Positions 48,002 to 58,122 of a stretch of 64,000 bases of DNA are shown here, in pieces. Under the pieces are notes generated by a model. It did not search any database. It had not been told where the DNA came from and worked only from the letters and a program-made list of their open reading frames with translations. Source of the stretch: Planctomycetota bacterium (GTDB lineage Bacteria; Planctomycetota; UBA8108; SXIK01); contig OZ244999.1 in assembly GCA_965223265.1 (NCBI GenBank), positions 5,376,001-5,440,000 of the forward strand, read 5' to 3'. Position 1 is the stretch's first letter. Each line of letters starts with the position of its first letter. The translations under genes and the position numbers were made by a program.

Positions 48002-49465
48002 TCAGTCTCCGGCAGCGTGAATCGACGGCCGACGGAGGTGAAAGTCCGTGGCCTCCTGGTAGGCATGACCCAGTCTCAAGACGTCACCGTCGGCAAACGC
48101 TCGCCCATACAACTGCAGTCCGATCGGCAGGCCAGCCTCCGAAAACCCGCATGGCACAGAAAGACCAGGAATGCCAGCAAGGTTCGCGGGCACAGTCAGC
48201 ACGTCGACGGCGTAGAGCTTGAGCGGATCGTCAAATCGCTCACCGATGCCAAACGCAGTAACGGGCGAAGTCGGAGATACGAGCGCATCGACTTCCTCGA
48301 AGACCGTTTCGAAATCGCGGCGCACCAGCTTTCGAACCTGGCATGCCTTCTTGTAGAACGCATCGTGGTAGCCCGAGCTAAGGACAAACGTGCCGATCAT
48401 GACACGACGCTTGACTTCCGGTCCAAATCCCTCGTCGCGCGTCCTCGAGTACAGATCGATGAGTCCATCCGCATCCTTCGCGCGATGACCGTAGTGAATA
48501 CCGTCGTAGCGCGCCAGGTTCGAGCTCGCCTCTGCCGCAGAGATCAAGACGTAGACAGGGTTGGCGTACACGGTGTGCGGCATATCGACCTCGCGCACCT
48601 CGGCACCGAGTTCACGGAGCGTGTCGATGGCTCGCTCAACGGCGGCGCGCACGTCAGGATCAAGACCCTCTGGAAAGTATTCGCGCGGCACCCCCAGCTT
48701 GACCCCTTTGACGAGCGGCGAGATGGAATCGAGCCCAGAAGGCATCGGTTCGCGAGACGACGTGGAGTCGCGCCGGTCATGGCCACCGATGACATCGAGC
48801 ACCGCAGCGCACTCCGCAGCAGAGGTCTGGAGACAACCGATTTGATCGAGCGAGCTGGCGAAGGCGAGCAAGCCAAAACGCGAGACGCGTCCGTACGAAG
48901 GTTTAAATCCAGCAACACCGCAGTATCCAGCCGGTTGACGAATCGAGCCACCGGTATCCGATCCCAGGTGAATCATTCCGCACGTCGCGGCGGCGGTCGC
49001 AGCCGCGCCGCCACTGGAGCCACCGGGGACGTGACGATCGCTCCACGGGTTCTTCGTCGTCGCGAAAGCGGAATTCTCCGTCGACGAACCCATGCCGAAT
49101 TCATCAAGGTTGGTCTTGCCGACGCATACGGCCCCGGCGGCCTCAAGGCGCTCGATAACAGTGGCTGAATACGGCGCTGCGAATCTCTCAAGAATACGAC
49201 TACCAGCCGTCGTGTGACCGCAGGGTGTACAGATGTTGTCTTTAGCGGTGAACGCCACGCCAGCAAGTGGAAGTTCTTCGCCGGCGGCGATCCTTGCGTC
49301 GACCCGCTGCGCGGCGGTGCGGGCGGACTCGTGAAGGATTTCTTTGACCGAGTCGAGTCGTGGGTTCACCGCCTCGAGCTGCGAAAGAGCGTGCTCGATC
49401 GTTTCAGCGGCTCGGGCCTCGCCTCGACGCACGGCGTCGCGGACGTCGAAAATATTCGCGAACAC
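48002..49465 (-). CDS. gatA: Asp/Glu-tRNA amidotransferase subunit A
   Basis: KDNI, GGSSGG, GSDTGGSIRQPA amidase signature; between gatC and gatB. Confidence 0.97.
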   Translation of the reverse strand: MFANIFDVRDAVRRGEARAAETIEHALSQLEAVNPRLDSVKEILHESARTAAQRVDARIAAGEELPLAGVAFTAKDNICTPCGHTTAGSRILERFAAPYSATVIERLEAAGAVCVGKTNLDEFGMGSSTENSAFATTKNPWSDRHVPGGSSGGAAATAAATCGMIHLGSDTGGSIRQPAGYCGVAGFKPSYGRVSRFGLLAFASSLDQIGCLQTSAAECAAVLDVIGGHDRRDSTSSREPMPSGLDSISPLVKGVKLGVPREYFPEGLDPDVRAAVERAIDTLRELGAEVREVDMPHTVYANPVYVLISAAEASSNLARYDGIHYGHRAKDADGLIDLYSRTRDEGFGPEVKRRVMIGTFVLSSGYHDAFYKKACQVRKLVRRDFETVFEEVDALVSPTSPVTAFGIGERFDDPLKLYAVDVLTVPANLAGIPGLSVPCGFSEAGLPIGLQLYGRAFADGDVLRLGHAYQEATDFHLRRPSIHAAGD

Positions 49466-49466
49466 G

Positions 49467-49787
49467 TCACGCGCCTCCTACCTCGTCGGCACCGGAGTCG
49501 ATGATCCGCGGCACAACGAAGCTTCCGTCTCGGGCGGCCGGAGCGTTGCGGAGTCCCAACTCGCGTGCGAGCGACGGATCCACGACGTCCTCGCGCCACA
49601 CGTTGCGGGTGGCGACCGAGAAGTGTGTGGGGTCGATTGAGGTTGTGTCGAGCTCCTGGAGAGATTCGACGAACGACAAGATCTTCTCCAAGTGAGCCTT
49701 CATCTCCACTCTCTCTTCGGTCGTCAGAGCCAGTCTGGCTAGTCGCGCAACTTGGGAGACCAACTCGTCGGTCACCTGAATGTCCAT
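49467..49787 (-). CDS. gatC: Asp/Glu-tRNA amidotransferase subunit C
   Basis: VARLARL, WRED, NAP, FVVPRII; operon position. Confidence 0.95.
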   Translation of the reverse strand: MDIQVTDELVSQVARLARLALTTEERVEMKAHLEKILSFVESLQELDTTSIDPTHFSVATRNVWREDVVDPSLARELGLRNAPAARDGSFVVPRIIDSGADEVGGA

Positions 49788-50082
49788 GAGGAATTCACCG
49801 CGATAGGTGTGGGGAGGAGTCGTGAGCGCATGCAGAGAGCTCTGGATTTTAAGAAGTGTCCTTTCGACGTCAAGAAGTTAGCGTCGCGCTGAAGAAAGTA
49901 GTGCCGACGAAAAAGTGCGATTCGGCGAGAAGACCGGTCGCATTCCCATGATGAGATCGATATTCTACCGGCAGCTTAGCGCCGCCATAGCGCATCGATC
50001 GACGCGTGCCGCCGGCGACACCGCCCGAAGCGCAGGCGTGAGGAAAAGGACGTGAGGCAAGAGGTGAAGCAGGGAGACGTGT

Positions 50083-50364
50083 ATGGAAGAACTGCATGAA
50101 GACGCGAAGGCAGGAAAACGCAGCGACGACGCGCTGCTGGACATAGAGGTCGAGGTGGCCGTGTCAGCCGCGCAGCGCTCGCTGCCGCTGCTGGACATTC
50201 TTGATCTTCAGGAAGGACAGCTCATCGAGTTCTCGGACCGCGCCGACGGCCCACTCACCATCACGACCAACGGTACGGAGCTTGGGTCGGGTTACGCGGT
50301 TGACGTTGGGGAGCGGCTTGGTGTTGAGATCGAGACGATCGATAGGCACGCCGCTGAACCTTAG
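50083..50364 (+). CDS. FliN/SpoA-like single-domain protein
   Basis: LLDIEVEV.V, ILDLQEGQLIE, NG..LG.G..V.V..RLGVEI pattern. Confidence 0.75.
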   Translation: MEELHEDAKAGKRSDDALLDIEVEVAVSAAQRSLPLLDILDLQEGQLIEFSDRADGPLTITTNGTELGSGYAVDVGERLGVEIETIDRHAAEP

Positions 50365-50531
50365 CAGCCTGCCTGAAAAAGTGCTTCGAGCCGAAAACTG
50401 GTCTCTTCGCGTCCAGATCGGCCGCGGCAAACGCAGGCAACCTTCGGGCCCTCTTCTTTCGATTCTGATGGCGAGTATTGACGCGGCCCGACTTTTTCAG
50501 GCGGGCCGGCGCGAAATGGCCAAACTCGAGG
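50365..50531. mobile_element. Chimeric MITE: family A body plus family B terminus
   Basis: Starts cagcctgcctgaaaaa right after TTAG, ends cgcgaaatggccaaactcgagg before TTAA. Confidence 0.8.
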
Positions 50532-50543
50532 TTAAGTTTTGGC

Positions 50544-51119
50544 ATGGTGGCTCGCGATCCGACGGAAGCCCCCGGCGCATTTCTCTTTTTCGGGGTGTTT
50601 TCGCATCACAAGGCGCTTCTGGCCGACGTCAGGCAGTCGGTGGAGAGACGATTCGGCCCGCTCCATCGTCTCGGCATCAGCTCGGAGTACCCGTTTCCTC
50701 AAACGCGCACGTATGCCCGTGAGATGGGTTCCCCTCTCGTGCGGCAGTTTTTCGTTCTGCGAGAGCTGCAGCGCCAAGACTGCCTGGCCGACGTCAAGCA
50801 CGAGACGATCGCCATGGAGCAAAGCATCTGTGCGAGCGGCTGCTTCGACGTACCTCGCCCGGTCAACATCGACCCTGGCCTTCTCAACGATTGCCGGTTG
50901 ATTCTCGCGAGCACGAAAGACTACGCGCATAGAATCTACCGCGGTCGCGGTATATGGGAGGAGATCACTCTGATCTATCGCCACGGCCGCTTCGACACAC
51001 TGCCGTGGACCTACCCGGACTTTCGTGCGCCGACCTACCACGCGTTCTTCGCTGAGCTGCGCGCTGCTTTGCTCGCGGCAATCCGTGCCAACAAGGCGCA
51101 GCCGGGACAGCAGCCGTGA
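50544..51119 (+). CDS. DUF4416-family-like protein
   Basis: YAREMG, RPVNIDPG, LILASTKDYAHRIY, PWTYPD motifs. Confidence 0.8.
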   Translation: MVARDPTEAPGAFLFFGVFSHHKALLADVRQSVERRFGPLHRLGISSEYPFPQTRTYAREMGSPLVRQFFVLRELQRQDCLADVKHETIAMEQSICASGCFDVPRPVNIDPGLLNDCRLILASTKDYAHRIYRGRGIWEEITLIYRHGRFDTLPWTYPDFRAPTYHAFFAELRAALLAAIRANKAQPGQQP

Positions 51120-51161
51120 CGCGAAGACGCGCGCGACTTGCCCCATGTCCAAGGCGCGATC

Positions 51162-52079
51162 TCACGCCAACGGCGGTGAGATCGCGAGAGCCAGAAGCGC
51201 AACGCGCCGCACCCCAGCGCGGCGAAGAGAGCGGGCACAAGCGGCCGCAGTCGTGCCAGTCGTCAGCACGTCGTCGAGCAGGAGGACACGAGCAGGAAGC
51301 GGCCGGGACGCATCGACGTCAAATGAGCGTGTCAATCTGCGACGCCGGCGACGGTCAACACCGCTAAGACCCGATTGCGGCTGCGTCCAGCGGGACTTGC
51401 GCAGGAGCGGTACGGTGGGCGGTTTGCCGGGGAGATCGAGACCGATCGCCGCGGCCAACTCCGCCACTGGATTCCAGCCTCGTGCAAGCGTCTTGGTCCA
51501 GTGCTGCGGCACGGGGACGACCGCCTCAACGCCGGCAAGCGCGTCGGCGACCCAAGGGCGTGCCGCCGCGAAGCGCAGGAGCTCGCGAAGGAGCGGCAAG
51601 CCACTTCGATCGTTGTGGAACTTGTAGCGCAGAATGATCGTACGAACCGCGTCGGTGTAGAGGGCACCGGCCGCCGCCGCGTCGATGCCGGATCGGCAGC
51701 CGCGACATGCCGCACAGCCAAGATCGTCCAGCGCCACCCCGGCATGCGGCAGCGGCGTCGCGCAGCGCCGGCAGGCGGCAGAGACAAGGACGATCGATCG
51801 ACGACAGCGCCGACAGAGAGGAAGTGTCCCCGGGCCGGCGTGGCCACAATGCTGACAAGATTCCGGCGCCAACAAATCCAGGAAAGCAGTCCGCAGCCCC
51901 CGGCCGAGCTCACCGAGCGTCGCGACCGTGGCACGTGCTCTGCCGCGGCTCGAGCAGTCATCCAAGCGCGGCGGTCGGCGGTAGCGCCCGCCGTGCATCG
52001 AGTGAGCACGCGGAGATTCCATCACGCTCCGATCTAAAGCTCGAACACACTGCCCCGAAAAGCTCCGAGACTCGCCCAC
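51162..52079 (-). CDS. comF: ComF family protein (double Zn ribbon plus PRTase), start uncertain
   Basis: Four CxxC pairs, VPVP, RGWN, LLDDVLTTGTT. Confidence 0.88.
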   Translation of the reverse strand: MGESRSFSGQCVRALDRSVMESPRAHSMHGGRYRRPPRLDDCSSRGRARATVATLGELGRGLRTAFLDLLAPESCQHCGHAGPGTLPLCRRCRRSIVLVSAACRRCATPLPHAGVALDDLGCAACRGCRSGIDAAAAGALYTDAVRTIILRYKFHNDRSGLPLLRELLRFAAARPWVADALAGVEAVVPVPQHWTKTLARGWNPVAELAAAIGLDLPGKPPTVPLLRKSRWTQPQSGLSGVDRRRRRRLTRSFDVDASRPLPARVLLLDDVLTTGTTAAACARSLRRAGVRRVALLALAISPPLA

Positions 52080-52220
52080 GCAGCTGCGATAGTACCCCGT
52101 CGGGCAGCAGAGCTACCCGGACAGCGGCAAACAGCGCACGCGTGTGTAGTCCAGATGACAGGTCGGTTTTTCACCGTCATTTCTCGCGAACGTTCGGGTA
52201 TACTTCCGACGACAATCTGA

Positions 52221-52297
52221 GGCGGCGTAGCTCAGCTGGCTAGAGCGGCGGATTCATAACCCGCAGGTCGGCAGTTCAAGTCTGCCCGCCGCTACCA
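52221..52297 (+). tRNA. tRNA-Met(CAU), elongator type
   Basis: ggcggcgtagctcagctggctagagc, loop ttcataa, CCA. Confidence 0.92.
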
Positions 52298-52345
52298 ATA
52301 CTTTAAGGTCTGCGACGCCGGTCGTAGGCCTTTTTCTTAACTTAA

Positions 52346-52429
52346 CAGCCCGCCTGAAAAAGTCATTCGGCTGAGAAACTGGCCTCTTCACGCCCAGATC
52401 GACCGCGGCGAGCCTCGATAATCTCGAGG
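52346..52429. mobile_element. Truncated or chimeric MITE: family A left end, ctcgagg right end
   Basis: cagcccgcctgaaaaagtcattcgg...; TTAA on both flanks. Confidence 0.7.
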
Positions 52430-52471
52430 TTAATGGCCTTTGAGGCGGAAGTCTCGGTGAGTCGCAGCCAT

Positions 52472-52521
52472 AAAAAAAAAGGGTAAAGGCTCAACCGTTC
52501 TACCGGTGGTCTTCCTTTACC
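52472..52521 (-). terminator. Rho-independent terminator for the 52592-54106 gene
   Basis: gggtaaagg...cctttaccc followed by T9 on minus strand. Confidence 0.75.
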
Positions 52522-52591
52522 CAACAGCCACACGAGCGGAAGCGGGGTGGTGACTCTTCCGCAGGCGCGCTGGAACAAAACTCAAATCTCG

Positions 52592-54106
52592 TCAGCGATC
52601 TCCTTCGCCACTCTTGCGAGTGGATCGGTCCTCATCGTCCCACCATCGGGGCAGGTCGCGAAACACGCCTGAAAAATCGAAGCCTGGAGCAGCAGGAAAC
52701 CAGCGCGTCAAAAGCCGCGCCTGAAAGACCGCTCGCGCGGCACTTCCCGTGCGCTCCCGAGAAAGGTCGAGCCGTCCACGCGCAAGGAGTGCGTGGAAAA
52801 GCTGCAGGGCACGGTCTGGCACCTGCCCCCGCCGCACGTGCGGAGGCCGCAGTCGGCTCAGATGGACAAGCGTCGCGACACTCTCGCCGATAGCGGCGGC
52901 ATGCTCGATCGCACTTTCGACCTGTCGCCCCCTCTCGAGCCAAAGCCGTTCGAGCTCATCGCGCACGACCGCCTCATGGGCGACGACCTGAAACACGAGC
53001 ATGGCCTCGGAGACGCAATCCTCCGTCTCTTCGTTCGTCTTCACCTCCGGGTCCGCACGACTCCGCAGCTCGAGCAACTGGTCGAGGCCGTCGAGGGACG
53101 AATCGGGACGATCGTCCGCCGCTGCGTACGCCGCGTCAAGGCGCTGCCTCATCGCTCGCTGGAGCTCCCCTCGGAGACGCAACCGCTCGACACCCAGCAG
53201 CGCCTCTGCCTCGCGTTTGAGCGCGACATCGCTGCGCCACGTCTCTGTCTGACGAAAAAAGCTCGTCGCCAAGACGGCTTGCGGATCGAGTCGCTCGGCG
53301 ATCTCGAAAATAAGGCGCCCCCTGGAGGCCTCTCCCGCCACGACCGCACGCAAGCCAGCAAACGACAGCGCCTGCGCAACATCGTGCGGAAGCGTTTGAA
53401 ACGGCTCTGACCCCGCCATGAGCTGTCGCGGCAAGTCATCGACGAACTCCATGTCGATGTCCTCCGCTGCCGATGTCACGACAACGACGTCGTCGTGTTG
53501 AACGTTGATGCCGAGACCGTGAAGACGACGGCGTAGGGCAGTGGCGATCGATATGCCGCCTTCGAGCTGCTGACGTCTCGCGGCAAGCTCCTCGATCACG
53601 ATCGCTCCGCGCTCTAGCTGCCCAGCTAAGCGATCACGAATCGCGCTAGCGTGACTCTGCAGTAGGTCCAAGCTACGCCCTCTGCCCAAACTCGGCAGAC
53701 GGACTTGATCTACAGACTCCGGGGCGGCGAGGAGCTCACCGCCATTACGTACCCACAGCTCCATCAGCTGTCGAATCATCGCCGCACGCTCGCGCGCGCC
53801 GGTGCCCTTGAACCGTACCATGGAGTCAGCGAGCGGCTGGCGTGAAGCGATTCCCGCGAAGAAACGCTCTGCATCTTTGCGGCGCCCGAGTCTCTCGCCG
53901 CAGATGGCCGCGCGCAGCGCGGCGGCGACCTTCGTCAACGGATACCCGGCTTCAAACGGGGGCTGACTCGAATAGACTCGTGCGTAGACCGACGCAACCG
54001 CAGCCATCTCGCCGCGATAAACCTCGCGGTACCACGACTCGGTAACACTCGCGGCTGCCGTCGGCTGCGCCATTGCACAGGTCAAGACGAACGCCGAAAT
54101 GATCAT
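52592..54106 (-). CDS. Hypothetical exported helical protein
   Basis: 504-aa ORF with signal-like N-terminus and its own terminator. Confidence 0.6.
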   Translation of the reverse strand: MIISAFVLTCAMAQPTAAASVTESWYREVYRGEMAAVASVYARVYSSQPPFEAGYPLTKVAAALRAAICGERLGRRKDAERFFAGIASRQPLADSMVRFKGTGARERAAMIRQLMELWVRNGGELLAAPESVDQVRLPSLGRGRSLDLLQSHASAIRDRLAGQLERGAIVIEELAARRQQLEGGISIATALRRRLHGLGINVQHDDVVVVTSAAEDIDMEFVDDLPRQLMAGSEPFQTLPHDVAQALSFAGLRAVVAGEASRGRLIFEIAERLDPQAVLATSFFRQTETWRSDVALKREAEALLGVERLRLRGELQRAMRQRLDAAYAAADDRPDSSLDGLDQLLELRSRADPEVKTNEETEDCVSEAMLVFQVVAHEAVVRDELERLWLERGRQVESAIEHAAAIGESVATLVHLSRLRPPHVRRGQVPDRALQLFHALLARGRLDLSRERTGSAARAVFQARLLTRWFPAAPGFDFSGVFRDLPRWWDDEDRSTRKSGEGDR

Positions 54107-54340
54107 CGCATCATCACTCCTGCGGCAACCGACTCAAAACGCTCAAGTGCTTAGTGCCATCGCAACCGCGACAGAACACCTTTGCAGCAGAACTCGTCGA
54201 CAGGCTTGCTCAGCCGAAAGCTGGTTTCACTTGAGGGGCAGAAGCAGCAGCTTGGGACGTCCGAACAACAAAAGAGAGAAAAGAGAAGAGAATGAACCCT
54301 GATACGTGAGACGACACCACGCCCCAAGCTGCTGATACGC

Positions 54341-54372
54341 ATTATGGTGGGCGTCTGTCACGGATGTGTCAC
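54341..54372 (-). promoter_or_regulatory. OmpR/PhoB-type direct repeat next to a -10 element
   Basis: Plus strand ctgtcac-ggat-gtgtcac (54355-54372); minus strand CATAAT 8 nt downstream. Confidence 0.45.
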
Positions 54373-54565
54373 CGCACCAAAAAAAATCGCAGCGTCGCGC
54401 CAACAGCGTTCGCCTCACCAAGTTGCGCAGCTCTGCTGCCCGGAAGAATCGCTGCAGAATTCCCTTTGGACAGCACGGAGAGCCACCCAGAGCTTGGTTG
54501 GTCGCGAGTCTACGTTGGCGGTGGCCCAAGCCCGGCGTGAAGAAGCCAACGACTTACAAAAAGTC

Positions 54566-54597
54566 TTTGAATCCCCGCGAAACGACCGATCTCGAGG
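54566..54597. repeat. Remnant of MITE family B end
   Basis: tttgaatccccgcgaaac shared with the copy at about 62703; ends ctcgagg. Confidence 0.5.
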
Positions 54598-54608
54598 CTA
54601 GCGCTAGG

Positions 54609-55325
54609 CTAGGCCGGATCGTGGTGAAATCGGTAGCCGACTCCACGGATCGTCAGGATATGACGCGGCGTCTCGGAATCGTCACCGATTTTTTGGCGCA
54701 AGCGATTGATGAAGTTGTCGATCGTGCGCGACGTTCCGTAGTAGTTGTATCCCCACACCTTGTTGAGGATCGACTCGCGCGTCAGAACCTTGCCACCCGA
54801 GCGCAAAAGAAAATGAAGCAGCTCGAACTCTTTCGACGTCATGCGGACTTCACGTCCGCGCAACCACACCCTGCGGCTCGCAATATCGACCTTCACTTTC
54901 CCGAACTCGATCGCCGCGGACTTTTCGCCGCGTGATCGCCTCAGTACCGTCTTCACACGCGCGAGAAGCTCTCTGACGCTGAACGGCTTAGTCATGTAGT
55001 CATCACAGCCAAGATCGAACCCGAGAATCTTGTCGGCTTCCTGCACCTTTGCGGTCAGAAAGATGATCGGCACTTCGATGTCACGCTGACGCAAACTCTC
55101 GCAGATCTCGTATCCGTTGACACGCGGCAACATGACATCGAGAATGATCAAGTCTGGGCGCTGATCAACAGCGCTCTGTAGCCCAGCTTCCCCTTCGTTG
55201 GCGACGAAAACTTCGTAGCCTTCGAACTGAAGATTCTTCTGCAGCCCGCGTGCGATCGCCCGGTCGTCTTCGACGATGAGAATCTTACCTCGGGGAGTCG
55301 CACGTGCAGCCTCTGCACCCATCAT
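54609..55325 (-). CDS. OmpR/PhoB family response regulator
   Basis: ILIVEDD, DVMLP, DDYMTKPF, wHTH with TIRGVGYRF. Confidence 0.95.
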   Translation of the reverse strand: MMGAEAARATPRGKILIVEDDRAIARGLQKNLQFEGYEVFVANEGEAGLQSAVDQRPDLIILDVMLPRVNGYEICESLRQRDIEVPIIFLTAKVQEADKILGFDLGCDDYMTKPFSVRELLARVKTVLRRSRGEKSAAIEFGKVKVDIASRRVWLRGREVRMTSKEFELLHFLLRSGGKVLTRESILNKVWGYNYYGTSRTIDNFINRLRQKIGDDSETPRHILTIRGVGYRFHHDPA

Positions 55326-55840
55326 GAACTCCTAACAGATTCTTCGGCCCGCCCATCTCGCTGCCAAGCAGTCTTCCCCACCCAAATTCGCTGCGATCAA
55401 ACGACTGAAGTCGTCCATCGAGTCCACTCTTCAGGCAGACCGTCAAGGCTTCAGATCGATTGTACGCGACGAGACGCCGATGCAAGCCAAAAAGCGGCTC
55501 CAGGCACATAGCCTGCGGTTGGTCACCTGGGTGCGCGCGGCAGCCGCCCGTCCGCCCCATGCTCTGGCTGCCGCGCCCAGCACTCCTGCGAACAGGATTC
55601 CTTGACCATACAAAAGACTCTCGGCGGGCAACAGAAACCCGTGCAACTCGTCCAGCCAGGATTGACGCGAAACTTGAGCTAACAGCTTCCTCTGAACAGG
55701 TCGGTCGGCCGGGAGAACTCCCGCCTCTTCGAGTAGAGCCCCCCACGACGACAAGTCTCGACGATCTGCGCGCTCGGCCGCGCCGCCGACTCGAATCACT
55801 CTCTCAGCAACTCAGCCGAACCGTAGGCCCCTCGTCAGCG

Positions 55841-57868
55841 TCATTCGGCGAGCACGTGAGTCTTTCGGAGGGACAACGTGAAGCTGCTACCCGAACCGAG
55901 TTGGCTGGCAACCTTGATGTCACCGTTGTGGACCTTCGCGATGTAACGTGCAAACGTCAGCCCGAGTCCGGTGCCGTCAACGTCGCGAGTCAGATAGTCG
56001 TCAGCACGGTAGAACCGGTCGAAAATCTTCTTGTGGTCGCGCTTGCGAATGCCGACGCCTTCGTCAACCACTTCGACAGAAATGTCTGTGATCGACTCGC
56101 GAAGGTTCACGGTGATTCTCTTGGCTGGATCGGAATACTTGGCGGCATTGTTGATCAAGTTGAGGAGGAGCTCGATCATCGCGGCGCGATCGACACGGAT
56201 TTTCGAGATATGCTGCGCCGAGTGGAGCTCGACGATTCGCGTCGGTTCACGGTGGTGTTTATGAAAAATTCGAATCGACTCGCGGACGATCTCCAGCATG
56301 TCGGCGCTTGCAAAACGGAACTTCTTCCGATGTCGCTCGAGCTTCGAGTACTCCAGGATCTGATCGATCAACTTCGAAAGCCGCTGACTCTCTTGATCGA
56401 TCATCTGAACGCATTCCGATCGATCCGTTTCATCGCGAACCCGCCCGTCGAGCATAGTCTCGGTGTACATGCGGATCGCAGTGAGAGGGGTCTTGAGCTC
56501 GTGCGAAACAAAGCTGACGAAGTCGGTTTTCAGCCGTGCAGTCTCAAGTTCACGAAGGATGTAGCGAAGCGTGAACACCGCGCCGACAACAATCGTCGCG
56601 ACGATCACGACGACCGCCCATGTAAAGGTCGCAAGCGGAACAACGTTGAACGCACGAAAGCCCTGCGGCCTCAGCTCGTCGGTCGGAGTGTAACGAAACT
56701 TCAGAGACGAAAGCGGCGCCGGCGCCGCGAGTACAACCGCGTCGTCCTCACCGACCGGTTTCGTATCGACCGGAACCAACTCGAGTCTCTCGAACGGGAT
56801 ATTGAAAGCGTCGCAGTAGGGGCGGGCGTCATCTAGGAAGACCTGAAGCGACAAGACGACATACGCCGAGCCACCCCCCTCGGCAGCGAGCGAAAGACCA
56901 ACGAAAACGAGCGTATCCCCTAGCCCGCGATGCCAAGAAAACGTAGGTGGTTCGTTTCCCGCGGCGACTGCTGCCGCACGAAATCTTCCAGCGAGCGATT
57001 CGAGCTCTGGGTCCGTGAGAACACTCTCCCCATGTTCGATCTGGCTTTCCGCCGCGGCGGAGTGAACCTCCACGCTCGAGGGCGTGAGCTGCTTCATGCG
57101 GTCGCTCACGCGCTCGACCTCCTCGGCCGGCATGAACGGCGCGTACTTTTCGAGGCTCACCGCTAGAGCACGAAGGCGCTGCACCAGCTCGTCCTCGTCG
57201 GCCTTCTCGGCTGCCAGCTCGGCAAGTCGCAACCCCATCGCCACTTCCCGGACGTTCTGCATGTGGTCTTGCGTCGGCCCGAAACGCTCAACGGCCCAGC
57301 TCAGATACTCGGTAGCGCCTTCCAAGTCGCCGAGCTTGTCACTCGAACGGGCAGCCGACATCATCGCTTCAAGCGCAACGACCTCCGAAGTCGTCGCCGC
57401 CAAAAGCTTCAGCGCTTCGTCACGTACTGCCGCGAAGTCTTGTTCGACGAACTCGAGTCGCTGGAGAGTCTCAAGCTCGGGATGCGGTGCGATCGTGAGA
57501 AGGATTCGCGGCTGCCAGCGATGAATTCGCTCGACGCCGTTGTGTCCGTCCCACAGCAACACTTCTCGGACCGCCGGATCCTCGCGTTGCAGCTGCGCGA
57601 GGTACGGCCGGCGCTCCCCGGCTGAGTGCGCCGAGAGCCGATACGCGTTCAAGCGCTCCGTCCAGACCTTTGCGACATGTTCGCGAAGCTCGTAGAGCTG
57701 GCGTTCGATCGGTCTGCGGAGGCTCTGACGGACGAAGCGATCTGCCTGAAACACCTCGACCAGCCCGAGTGCGGTCACGAGCAAGCTCGGGATAAGAACC
57801 GCGAACAAAAGCACCGAAATCAGTTTAACCGGTGCGTTCGCAAGCGTCGTACGGACTCTCGAACTCAA
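55841..57868 (-). CDS. Sensor histidine kinase
   Basis: Two TMs, SHELKTPL H-box, NAAKYS, DEGVGI, GTGLGL. Confidence 0.95.
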   Translation of the reverse strand: MSSRVRTTLANAPVKLISVLLFAVLIPSLLVTALGLVEVFQADRFVRQSLRRPIERQLYELREHVAKVWTERLNAYRLSAHSAGERRPYLAQLQREDPAVREVLLWDGHNGVERIHRWQPRILLTIAPHPELETLQRLEFVEQDFAAVRDEALKLLAATTSEVVALEAMMSAARSSDKLGDLEGATEYLSWAVERFGPTQDHMQNVREVAMGLRLAELAAEKADEDELVQRLRALAVSLEKYAPFMPAEEVERVSDRMKQLTPSSVEVHSAAAESQIEHGESVLTDPELESLAGRFRAAAVAAGNEPPTFSWHRGLGDTLVFVGLSLAAEGGGSAYVVLSLQVFLDDARPYCDAFNIPFERLELVPVDTKPVGEDDAVVLAAPAPLSSLKFRYTPTDELRPQGFRAFNVVPLATFTWAVVVIVATIVVGAVFTLRYILRELETARLKTDFVSFVSHELKTPLTAIRMYTETMLDGRVRDETDRSECVQMIDQESQRLSKLIDQILEYSKLERHRKKFRFASADMLEIVRESIRIFHKHHREPTRIVELHSAQHISKIRVDRAAMIELLLNLINNAAKYSDPAKRITVNLRESITDISVEVVDEGVGIRKRDHKKIFDRFYRADDYLTRDVDGTGLGLTFARYIAKVHNGDIKVASQLGSGSSFTLSLRKTHVLAE

Positions 57869-57893
57869 GTTCGCCTCGCTGCTGTAGCAGTAG

Positions 57894-58039
57894 CAGCCCG
57901 TCTCCTGGCGTTCCCTGAAGGGCCGGACAGGAATTCTTGAACATGCACAAGGGTTCTCAGGGTACTAAAAAGTCGAAAGGGCTTTGAATTCCCGCGAAAC
58001 TCGTCCGGCGAGGCCGGCGCGAAATGGCCAAACTCGAGG
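57894..58039. mobile_element. Chimeric MITE: cagcccg family A tip fused to half of family B
   Basis: Matches about 62622-62763; ends cgcgaaatggccaaactcgagg. Confidence 0.8.
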
Positions 58040-58122
58040 TTAGCTTACAAAAACCTAGCCGCGCCCCGCCCACAGTCGCCTCGATTATAGCCTATCGAAG
58101 CGGCCGCCGCGCCGTAGGGGGG

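Noticed and set aside
55326-55840. Gene between the histidine kinase and the response regulator
   Set aside because: Candidate ORFs overlap each other, lack an RBS and show no recognisable motif; left uncalled
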